Shown here: piece by piece, positions 50,289-59,645 of the stretch
Layout: every line of letters starts with the position of its first letter
How positions within the stretch are numbered: the first letter of the stretch is position 1
From: Fibrobacteria bacterium
Lineage (GTDB): Bacteria > Fibrobacterota > Fibrobacteria > UBA11236 > JADFYW01
Length of the DNA: 64,000 nt
Assembly: GCA_015232855.1 (NCBI GenBank)
Contig: JADFYW010000008.1
Location: forward strand, 761-64,760
Reading direction: 5' to 3'
The notes under the pieces: generated by a model
Told to the model about the DNA's origin: nothing
Seen by the model: only the letters and a program-made list of their open reading frames with translations
The model's database searches: none
Translations under genes and position numbers: made by a program

Positions 50289-51642
50289 GTTAACAGAGCG
50301 TGCAATACCTGATACTTATTGCAATGGCTGGCGACTTTACGGCGGTATTATCCGCCCGGTTTTACTTTGTTATAGGCCAAAAAACAGATTGGAACACGTA
50401 ACCATCAGAACTTTTCACATACAAGAAAATACTTTTGATCTTGCTTTTTCTTTTAAGCAAATCGGGAAAACTCCAGACCATTTATCTTTAGAAATTATCA
50501 CTCCAGAGGGCCAACCCTTTATAAGACATACTTTCAAATCCATAATTTCAGATTCTCTCTATAAGATACGTATACATAATACACATCCATGGACCCCTGA
50601 AACACCATATTTATATCAGATAAAATTAATTGCAAATTTTGATGGTAATTTATTCACCAAAGAATTTAAAAAAGGATTTATGCAAGTAACCACATCAAAA
50701 AACAATATTTTATTAAATGGAAAGCCTTATTACTTACGAGGAATAAGCACACATGAAGGAGTAGACAACAAAGGGCCTCTTTCAAACAAACAAGAAAAAC
50801 TTGCTGACTTTATTGATTTAAAACGCCTGAATGTGAACTTTCTACGAGTACCCCATTATCCCCAACCTGAATATGTTTATACCCTATGTGATAGTCTCGG
50901 CATATTAGTAATGGATGAAATACCGGCGTGGAAAACCAGTCCACGGTTTTTAGGCAGCAGGGACGGAAAATCTTTTGCAACAGAGTATTTATCAAAAATG
51001 ATCACCACTCATGGAAATTATACATCCGTTGCTTTATGGTCCTTTGGAAATGAATTTCATTCTTTTAGAAGTAATGTTTCAAATTATATCAAACACCTTT
51101 CTGCATATGCAAAACAAGCCGATTTACATTTTCGCCCATCTACTTACTGTAGTTATTTTTATCATTACGACAAAGCATACGAGTATGTGGATATTATATC
51201 TGTAAACGAATACTTTGGTTGGCATATAGGGGATCTTGAAATGTTGATTCCTATTTTAAAAAAAATCCAGAAGAAGTGGCCGGATAAGCCTCTTATCATT
51301 TCTGAAGTTGGTTGTTCGAGCCAAATGGGCCTGAGAAATGCTAAAGCAAAATTGGCCGGGAAAATAACCAGTATGTTAAAAAAGGATTACAGTGAAGATC
51401 ATCAAGCATTGTATTTGCGCTCACATTTGACAACATTATGGGATAACCGTGACCTCTGTCAGGGTACGGTCGTTTGGAATTATACGGATTATCATACCCC
51501 CCGTAAAAAATACCAAACAAAAGAAATGCCTCCATGGATATCAGGATTTGGACTTGTTAATCTCCAAAGAAAAAAGAAACTAGCCTATTGGGAAGTTCAA
51601 AAGATGTATGGCAAAATTAAAGATTTTGACCTCGGAGAATGA
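50197..51642 (+). pseudogene. GH2 beta-glucuronidase/galactosidase lacking its N-terminus
   Basis: YGGIIRPV, W.PETPYLY, LNGKP, HYPQ, GILVMDE, WSFGNE, IISEVG; begins at an internal PFEI motif with no signal peptide or clear start. Confidence 0.7.
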
Positions 51643-51964
51643 TATGAGTACGGCCTATTAAAAGGAAGGTATTTGCGGTTTAGATAGTTTTTTTTTCCAA
51701 AATTATTTGAAAAGTTTTCTCAAAGAATTTAAGAATTTGTGTTTCTTCTTACCAAGATAATAATCATAATTATTTTTTTAAGGAAAAAAGAAATATCGCC
51801 TACAATAACTCAAATTCCAAAATCATTAGCCATTTGTATTATATTTTTATGCAAAGTTTCTTCAAAAAAAGTATTTTTCATAGAAATTAGAGTCTAATAT
51901 TTTTAGTGTTCTGGTATTATAAATTAAAAACAAGCGTTCATTTATTTAACAATTAAGTAATATA

Positions 51965-54900
51965 ATGAGAAAATTCAATTTTTATAGAATAATTATATTT
52001 GTCTGTTTAGCAACAGTATTATCATTAAGCGTCTTCAACTGCAAACTCAGTGAGCTCTTTGGAGAGGAAAAAGAAGAGCGGAACTACATTGAAATAGATG
52101 ATTCTCAGCTTGATCCCCAAAAATATGATTCCCTAACCTTCATTGGCATAAACGAAAACAGTGATGATACCATATTGATATACACCTGGTATACGGGTGA
52201 TGATGTACCAGAAAAGCTTTTCTACCCTGATGAACTGAAAGGAAATTTTACCGTCATAACCATCGGCATGAAAGACGGAAAAATCGTAGGTGCCCAGTCA
52301 ACAACTATTGATATAGACAACCCAAATGACATAATAGATCCCATTGATATTGAAGAATTACTTAATAAGCCACCAAACGCCCCATCCGCGCCCATACCTG
52401 CACATGAATTCGGAAACAGAGATACGGTAATTACCCTTATTTGGAGTTGTTCTGACCCAGATTCTGGTAACGAGCTCAGTTACGTTGTTTTTTTAGGCAA
52501 ATCAAAAACTCCTGAGGATACACTCGAAAAGACGACTGATACCACAACAAAGGTTGATGGCCTGCAATTCGAAACAGACTATTACTGGCAGATAGCTGCA
52601 CTTGATGGTACCGACACCACCTTAAGTCAGGTCTGGAAGTTTACCACAAAAATTAAACCTTTACTACATATATCCAGTCCGGACAGCACGGAACAATTAC
52701 TGTCTGGAAGTATAGACACTATCAAATGGGAAACTACTGGAAACATTGAAAACATTAAAATTGAGTATTCAGCTGATAGCACAAACACATGGAAAGTAAT
52801 TGAAAGTACTTTCAAAAATGACAGTGGTTACTATGTCTGGACCGTTCCAGACACCAGTTCCAGCAACGCACAAATACGTATCAGTGACCTGTCCACTGAT
52901 GTTTTTGATGAAAGTGAAGTTTTTTCTATTATCCCCATTCCGAATACCATAACCGTAACATACCCCAATGACAGCAATGTTGTTTGGGAATCGGGACAGT
53001 CAAATACCATTACCTGGAATTCAACCGGGGACATTTCTTTTGTAAAGATAGATTATAACCTGGGCGATGAAAATTGGATGATGATATCCAAACAAACCCA
53101 AAATGATGGCTCTTATGAGTGGAACATTCCTGATTCTGTTTTATCAAAAAAGGTTACCCTCAGGGTCAGTTCTCTCAACGGAGAAGTATCTGATACTAAT
53201 GATAACATATTTGAGATAACTTCCCCACTCGTTGAAAAAGCTCTTGTTCTTTTAACTCCTAATGGGGGCGAAACTCTGCAGGTGGAAAGTTTCGTTAATA
53301 TAACATGGACCTCCAGTGGAGAAATACCAAAAATAAAATTGCAATACACTAATGGGGTTGATTGGTTCACAATATCAGACTCGACTGATAATGATAGTTC
53401 CTATAGATGGACTGTTCCTGATATTGAATCACAATCAGTCAAAATAAAGATCAGTGACTTAAGCGACAGTATCACAGATGAAAGCGATGCCACAATTTCC
53501 ATTACACACGCTGAAACACCTAAAACCATTACCCTGACCGTTCCTGATGGTAGGGAAGAATGGAAGGTTGGCAAGACCTATACACTTCGATGGGAAAATA
53601 CCGGAGAAATTAATAATGTCCAACTGGAGTACAACACAGGAACCGGATGGAACGTTATTACTGATTCCACAGAAAATCTTTTCTTTTATAAATGGACCGT
53701 CCCCAATGTGATAGCCGACAGTGTTCTTGTGCGGGTAATGGACCATTCAGGTAATGCTACTGACCAAAGTAATGAATCATTTACCATCGTGGGAAGCGAT
53801 AATACCCATTTAGAAGCACTTCAAATTTCAGCCGGTGAGCTTTCTCCAAAATTTGATTCTTCCGTAACGAGTTACAGCGTTTCAGTACCCAACACTGTTG
53901 CAAAATTCTCTGTAACACCAACGACCTTTGATAGTAACGCTACCATAACTATAGACGGTAAAACAATTAAAAACGGTATTGAATCTGATTCGGTCAACTT
54001 ATCGGTTGACATCAACCCCATTCTTATCAAAGTGACTGCTCAAGACGGAAAGGTAATCAGGACCTACGAAATTAATGTCACCAGACTCCGTTCCGGCAAT
54101 GCAAAACTTACTGAAATCACTCATTCTATTGGAAATCTTTCTCCGGTTTTTAACAAGGATTCCATGAACTATACGATATCCGTACCTTTCAGCATTCACT
54201 CCATTACGGTAGGGGCCAGTTCTGTGCATCCCAGTGCAGTTATTGGCTATACTTCTACGGGGAACATTTCTAATGAACACATAGCAGACCTCGAAGTTGG
54301 CACCACGTTAATCACCATCACTGTCACATCCGAAGATGCGAATACCATATTGGAGTATACCATTAAAATAACTCGTGCTCCCTCCGGTAATGCAGATCTG
54401 GTGGGAATCGGACTTTCAAGTGGAACACTTTCTCCCCAATTTAATCAGGACAGCATAACCTATACTGTAGATATTGCAAACAACATATCGAAACTTACCT
54501 TAATGCCAACGCTAGCAGATTCCAACGCCGTCGTCAGAGTTGCAGGGGCGCCCATCAACTTGCAGTCTGGAGTAGTTATCAACAATATTACCGTCGGAGG
54601 CGTCCACAGCCTCACCATGGAAATAACTGCACAGGATGGAACAACAAAGAACTATACCGTAAGTGCAAATCGGGCTCCTTCAGCCGATGCGGACCTTGCC
54701 AACATTGGTTTAACTCCATCAATTTCTTTAACCCCAGTCTTCCATAAAGACAGTAATATTTACCTCGTTTCCTATCCCTTTTCTATTACCACTACACATA
54801 TTACTGCCGAGCCAGCAGAAACAAATGCAACCGTTTTTATTGATAGTATTGAACAGCAGGCAGCCGATATTAGTTTGAGCGTAGGCGTAACAGCAGTCAC

Positions 54901-57127
54901 TGTCATGGTTACGGCACAAGACGGGACAACTCATAAATTCTATAATCTCGAGATTACCAGGCAACCAAACACCGATGCCTCGGTATCTGCCTTGGCATTC
55001 TCTGTAGGAAATTTAGACCCTGCATTCACTCCTGATGTATATAATTATACCCTTGAGATTACAAACGATACAACCTCTGTTACCCTAAACGCAACCTTGA
55101 ATGATTCTAATGCAACAATGGATCTGGGTGGTGTAACACTGCTATCAGGAGCCACCTCAAGCCCGGTAGATCTTAATGTTGGTGCTCAAGATGTTATTTT
55201 GAATACTTTGGCACAGGACGACACAACAACTTTGCGATATACGATAACTATTAACCGCCTTCCAAGCGAAAATGCTAATCTTGCCGGGCTTACTCTTTCG
55301 CCTGGTACTTTATCTCCTGGCTTTGGTGCCAGTACCATCAATTATACTGCAAATATTTCATATTCGGCTACTTCTGTTGACATTACAGCCACCTTTGCAG
55401 ATACTACAGCTACCATAGAGATTAATGGAAATACAGCTTCTTCTGGTGTGGCCTTCACTGTTTCTAACCTGTCTCTGTGGAACAATGTTATTCCCGTAAC
55501 GGTAACTGCACAAAAAACCGCAATCAAAAAAACTTACACTGTTACCGTATTCAGAGATCTTTGGACGGATACCTACCCGAACTCAGAAACCATTACCGGC
55601 TATACAGCAAGAACTATTGTTCGGTTAGATGGCCCCGGGAAAATATACATGGTGGCTCTTGTGGCGGGAAGCAATACCCCTACCAGTACACAGGTTATGA
55701 AAGGACAGGATGATCAGGGCAATTCACAGTATCCAAGCACTGATACACTTGAAATCGAGGCCGGAGTCACGTCTGCCCTTCAGGTAGAGGGTCTCGCCAT
55801 TACCACAAGCTATGATCTTTATCTGGTAGCCGAAGACGAAAACCTAAACCTTCAGCCCACCCCCATAATAAGAACGGTCACTACTAATAGTAAGAACCCA
55901 CCAACTATTCCCGTCCTCACAGCCCCTGCTCATAATGCAACAAAACAGGAGCTTTCACTACTTCTTAGCTGGCAGGGAGGTGATCTTGATGGAGATGATG
56001 TAATCTACACGGTATATCTTGATACGGTCAATCCACCTGAAAATATAGTAGCTTCCCCGCTTACTGCTGAAACCCATCAGGCAAACAATTTGTTTGCAGG
56101 CAAAGATTACTATTGGAAAATTCAGGCATTTGATGGGAGCGCTAGTATGGAAAGTGTGACTAACAAGTTTTCAACCAATAATTCTCCACATACGCCATCA
56201 ACCATCTATCCTTCTGATGGTGCCTTGGGCGTTGATACCGCTGCAGTCTTACAATGGAACGGAGGTGACATAGATGGTGATGCGGTTACTTATGAAGTTT
56301 TCTTGTCATCCTATACACCACCCGATCAGATGATAAAAAGTACAACTGCTACTACCCATACCACTTCAGGCCTGATTCTGGGCACAACCTATTACTGGTA
56401 TGTCAAAGCTGATGACGGTATTTCTACTGCAGTATCCAGCCCTGTCTGGACATTTACCTGCATGGGCACCTTTACTGATTCCAGGGACAATCATGTCTAT
56501 ACGTATACAGAAATAGGGACCCAAACCTGGATGGCTGAGAACCTGGCCTATCTGCCAAAAGTCGATGTCGAATCTTCCGGATCAAACGACTGGGAAGACA
56601 GCAGTTTTTATTATGTATACAATTATACTCCAACAGGTGCAGATGAGGCAGAAGAAATCACAAACGCCAAAGCTACTGTAAACTACCAAAACCGGGGAGT
56701 GTTGTATAACTGGCCCGCAGCTTTAAATGGTGAATCCCACAGTTCAAGTTCACCGAGCGGAGTGCAAGGTGTATGCCCAGATGGCTGGCACCTGCCAAGT
56801 GATGCTGAATACAAGACGCTTGAAATGTATCTTGGAATGACCCAAACTGTTGCGGATGGGACTGGAGATAGGGGAACCACAGAGGGTAAAATGCTAAAAG
56901 CAACTTCCTGGAGTGGAACCGACAACTACGGATTTTCTGCATTACCTTCCGGATACCGAGACTGGGGTGGCGGATTTCAAAATCTCAGTTCTAGTTTCGG
57001 ATTATGGACTGCGACTGGTAATGCATCTTCTGATCCTTATATGAGAATGCTCACTTCAGGTAATACAATCTTCCGCAGTATTTACAGCAACAGTTATGGT
57101 TATAGTATACGATGTGTCAAAAACTGA
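51965..57127 (+). CDS. Large surface lipoprotein with FN3-like, Ser/Thr-rich Ig and cadherin-like repeats and C-terminal FISUMP (Fib_succ_major) domain
   Basis: FNC lipobox; PNGGE...ITW repeats; six cadherin-like repeats; FTDSRD...IGTQTWMAENL...LYNW...QGVCPDGWHLPS...GFSALPSG...SIRCVK. Confidence 0.88.
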   Translation: MRKFNFYRIIIFVCLATVLSLSVFNCKLSELFGEEKEERNYIEIDDSQLDPQKYDSLTFIGINENSDDTILIYTWYTGDDVPEKLFYPDELKGNFTVITIGMKDGKIVGAQSTTIDIDNPNDIIDPIDIEELLNKPPNAPSAPIPAHEFGNRDTVITLIWSCSDPDSGNELSYVVFLGKSKTPEDTLEKTTDTTTKVDGLQFETDYYWQIAALDGTDTTLSQVWKFTTKIKPLLHISSPDSTEQLLSGSIDTIKWETTGNIENIKIEYSADSTNTWKVIESTFKNDSGYYVWTVPDTSSSNAQIRISDLSTDVFDESEVFSIIPIPNTITVTYPNDSNVVWESGQSNTITWNSTGDISFVKIDYNLGDENWMMISKQTQNDGSYEWNIPDSVLSKKVTLRVSSLNGEVSDTNDNIFEITSPLVEKALVLLTPNGGETLQVESFVNITWTSSGEIPKIKLQYTNGVDWFTISDSTDNDSSYRWTVPDIESQSVKIKISDLSDSITDESDATISITHAETPKTITLTVPDGREEWKVGKTYTLRWENTGEINNVQLEYNTGTGWNVITDSTENLFFYKWTVPNVIADSVLVRVMDHSGNATDQSNESFTIVGSDNTHLEALQISAGELSPKFDSSVTSYSVSVPNTVAKFSVTPTTFDSNATITIDGKTIKNGIESDSVNLSVDINPILIKVTAQDGKVIRTYEINVTRLRSGNAKLTEITHSIGNLSPVFNKDSMNYTISVPFSIHSITVGASSVHPSAVIGYTSTGNISNEHIADLEVGTTLITITVTSEDANTILEYTIKITRAPSGNADLVGIGLSSGTLSPQFNQDSITYTVDIANNISKLTLMPTLADSNAVVRVAGAPINLQSGVVINNITVGGVHSLTMEITAQDGTTKNYTVSANRAPSADADLANIGLTPSISLTPVFHKDSNIYLVSYPFSITTTHITAEPAETNATVFIDSIEQQAADISLSVGVTAVTVMVTAQDGTTHKFYNLEITRQPNTDASVSALAFSVGNLDPAFTPDVYNYTLEITNDTTSVTLNATLNDSNATMDLGGVTLLSGATSSPVDLNVGAQDVILNTLAQDDTTTLRYTITINRLPSENANLAGLTLSPGTLSPGFGASTINYTANISYSATSVDITATFADTTATIEINGNTASSGVAFTVSNLSLWNNVIPVTVTAQKTAIKKTYTVTVFRDLWTDTYPNSETITGYTARTIVRLDGPGKIYMVALVAGSNTPTSTQVMKGQDDQGNSQYPSTDTLEIEAGVTSALQVEGLAITTSYDLYLVAEDENLNLQPTPIIRTVTTNSKNPPTIPVLTAPAHNATKQELSLLLSWQGGDLDGDDVIYTVYLDTVNPPENIVASPLTAETHQANNLFAGKDYYWKIQAFDGSASMESVTNKFSTNNSPHTPSTIYPSDGALGVDTAAVLQWNGGDIDGDAVTYEVFLSSYTPPDQMIKSTTATTHTTSGLILGTTYYWYVKADDGISTAVSSPVWTFTCMGTFTDSRDNHVYTYTEIGTQTWMAENLAYLPKVDVESSGSNDWEDSSFYYVYNYTPTGADEAEEITNAKATVNYQNRGVLYNWPAALNGESHSSSSPSGVQGVCPDGWHLPSDAEYKTLEMYLGMTQTVADGTGDRGTTEGKMLKATSWSGTDNYGFSALPSGYRDWGGGFQNLSSSFGLWTATGNASSDPYMRMLTSGNTIFRSIYSNSYGYSIRCVKN

Positions 57128-57243
57128 TTTCATCTTCAGCAGTTAACTCATTCTCAAATTAAAAATGTGCCTTCTTTTTTCTGCTCCTTTTTTGAACCAG
57201 GGAACAGCCTACTGATAAAAGAGACCCTAACACAGGAATAAAT

Positions 57244-57390
57244 TTGAAAGTATCCGTATATATCGCAACAACACTTGATGGATTCATCGCAAGAGAAGAC
57301 GGCTCCCTGGACTGGTTGGAAGAAGCCAACACTCTTGTACCAGAAGGAGAGGATTTTGGATTTGTGCAGACTCTTTATAAGGTTAAATAA
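57244..57390 (+). pseudogene. N-terminal fragment of a RibD-C/dihydrofolate reductase family gene
   Basis: TTG-start KVSVYIATTLDGFIAREDGSLDWL...EDFGF, stop after 48 codons; CAGGA RBS. Confidence 0.75.
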
Positions 57391-57798
57391 ATGAGAGCTA
57401 TCTTTTTAACTCTTTTTGCGATTAACTGTTTTGGCAATCCATGCCAGGATACTACATACACAGAACTAAAAAGTGTTTCAAGGATTAATTTATCATCCGA
57501 TCAGTTTAAAGCACTATTTGTATTAGAAAAAGCTTGCTATTCATATAATGATTCTCTGATGAATGAAAATTTGAAATTAAATTTAGACGGTGAAGAATCA
57601 TGTAATGATTCATTGTTTTTATCGTTGAAACGAAAAAAATTGAATACCATGAATGAAAATGAAAAAAGACTTTATGCAAGAAGGAATAATATATGTGAAA
57701 AATATAAACGTAACAATTCACCATTGATGACAACATATTTAATAGTATCAATAATTTCGGGATTTACTCTAATTCTGGTTTTATTAACGAAACTCTGA
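57391..57798 (+). CDS. Hypothetical exported protein with two Cys-containing repeats and C-terminal TM
   Basis: PCQDTTY.ELK and SCNDSLF.SLK repeats. Confidence 0.55.
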   Translation: MRAIFLTLFAINCFGNPCQDTTYTELKSVSRINLSSDQFKALFVLEKACYSYNDSLMNENLKLNLDGEESCNDSLFLSLKRKKLNTMNENEKRLYARRNNICEKYKRNNSPLMTTYLIVSIISGFTLILVLLTKL

Positions 57799-58099
57799 AA
57801 AATGTTCTCGATAACATTCATGACAATGAGAACTTTTCAGGGATGCTTGGAATTAAGTTTGTGTTTTAAAAAACCAGTGAATAAGATTTTCCTCTCTCAC
57901 CAATTTAATCATTGAATTCTGAGTTGATAATTTAGCATAACTCGACATTTTGGAAAACCCCAGAAACTTTTAAATAGGCATTTTTACGCCTATAAAAGCT
58001 TATTTATCCCTTATTTATAATAATTACCGTTTAATAAATAGAAAATATGAGTTATTTTCAGAACCTGGTTATAATAATGTTACACAAAAAGGATTAATA

Positions 58100-58456
58100 A
58101 TGAAACAGATATATTTAACAATAGGCCTACTATGCTGTAGTAACCTTTTTATGACCTTTGCATGGTATGGACATCTTAAAAATCTCAACCATAAACCCTG
58201 GATTATTGCAGCTCTTATCAGTTGGGGAATAGCCTTATTCGAATATTTATTACAAGTACCAGCAAATAGGATTGGGCATCAGGTTATGAATGTTGGACAA
58301 CTAAAAATTATTCAAGAAATAATCACCCTGGCTGTCTTTGTGCCATTTTCAATCTTCTTTTTAAAAGAGAAAATTACCTATGATTATTTGTGGGCAGGAT
58401 TATGCTTACTCGGTGCAGTATTTTTTATGTTTAGATCTAAAATTGTTGGAATATAA
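58100..58456 (+). CDS. DMT superfamily small membrane protein (DUF486)
   Basis: SNLFMTFAWYGHLK, SWGIALFEY..QVPANRIG, QLKIIQEIITL. Confidence 0.9.
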   Translation: MKQIYLTIGLLCCSNLFMTFAWYGHLKNLNHKPWIIAALISWGIALFEYLLQVPANRIGHQVMNVGQLKIIQEIITLAVFVPFSIFFLKEKITYDYLWAGLCLLGAVFFMFRSKIVGI

Positions 58457-58545
58457 CAATCAACGGCACTGGATTCTGCTCGTTCTAAGCCCCTGAATTA
58501 ATATTGGATAAAACAATAATCGATAACAAAGAAATTCTGAAAAAT

Positions 58546-59163
58546 ATGCGAAGCTTTATTTTAATATTTGTAATTGTATCATGTTCTTTTAGTTCGCAGC
58601 ATTCTTTTGGATTATTGCACGGTTCATATCAAGATTTGAAAAATTATAAAACAACAGAATTTGGCATGGGGAAAATGTTTTACAATTTCAAATATTTTGG
58701 CATAGGGCTTCCATTATTAGTTCTCGATCACCAAAGAGTTGAAAATTCAGAACAACCCTTTTGGTCAGATAATGTCATTTTCCCTCTTTCTGGAATAACA
58801 ACAAGCCTTTTGCTTGGCGTTCCCAGTCAGTATTTAAAAAATGAGACAATGGTTAAAACCTCTTTAATTATTGGTGGAGCTATAGGCCTCATTGGTTTAG
58901 GGCCAAAAATATCAATGTATGGACATTTACCTGGTTTACCTTTAAAAGTATTTATAGGGAGTAACGGAAAATACTTTTTTGAAAAGGGTTTTGATGTTAT
59001 TTGGGACGGAAAACTGGGATTAGCATTATTTTTAAAACATGTTGGATTTGAAGGCTATGTATCACATAATATTTACAATTCAGTGTATAATGAAAAAAAA
59101 GAATTAAGTATTGGCGTCCAATTAATGATTCTTATGGATATGGACCATGCAATGTCTATATAA
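58546..59163 (+). CDS. Hypothetical exported/membrane protein
   Basis: ORF with signal peptide from ATG 58546. Confidence 0.5.
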   Translation: MRSFILIFVIVSCSFSSQHSFGLLHGSYQDLKNYKTTEFGMGKMFYNFKYFGIGLPLLVLDHQRVENSEQPFWSDNVIFPLSGITTSLLLGVPSQYLKNETMVKTSLIIGGAIGLIGLGPKISMYGHLPGLPLKVFIGSNGKYFFEKGFDVIWDGKLGLALFLKHVGFEGYVSHNIYNSVYNEKKELSIGVQLMILMDMDHAMSI

Positions 59164-59316
59164 AGATATCCGAAGACCTTAAAGAAATCGGCACATGAGT
59201 TAATATGAATACTTTATTTAGCAAAATCTCGATTCGATACACAGCACCAACTCGGTCCTTTGGAAATCGGCTTTTTATTGGGATGAACTTGGGCCAGGAG
59301 AAATTTATCCCGTTTG

Positions 59317-59414
59317 GAACACCGATTTATGATTTAAGAAGTGAAATAATGTTGCTTTGCATTATTTAAAAATGTGGCGCCGCCCAATTTTTCAAAAATC
59401 ATAAATCGGTGTTC
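59317..59414. repeat. 98-bp element with 19-bp perfect inverted ends and two internal hairpins
   Basis: gaacaccgatttatgattt (59317-59335) / aaatcataaatcggtgttc (59396-59414). Confidence 0.75.
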
Positions 59415-59645
59415 GATGTTCAATCCTTAGAATAGTATTAGAAGCTAAAGCCTTGCACTAAAGTGCAAAGTTTTAACTAGCGAATGGGACCAATAAATCT
59501 AGTTGGTCGATTACCTCAACAATAATTCAATTTCTTTATGGGAAAGCCTAGTTTATGTATACTATTTGTAGGAGAATTCAGAATTTTTTCTAAATTACAA
59601 GTACATCTAACTTACAATAAGTGCTAAATAAAAAATGGAGGCATT

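Noticed and set aside
56900-57127. Diversity-generating retroelement variable region in the FISUMP tail
   Set aside because: No template repeat or reverse transcriptase seen in the window.
59440-59520. c-di-GMP-I riboswitch
   Set aside because: Has GCAAA/TGGGAC-like words but lacks the GNRA-capped P2 and the second GCAAA/P3 arrangement.
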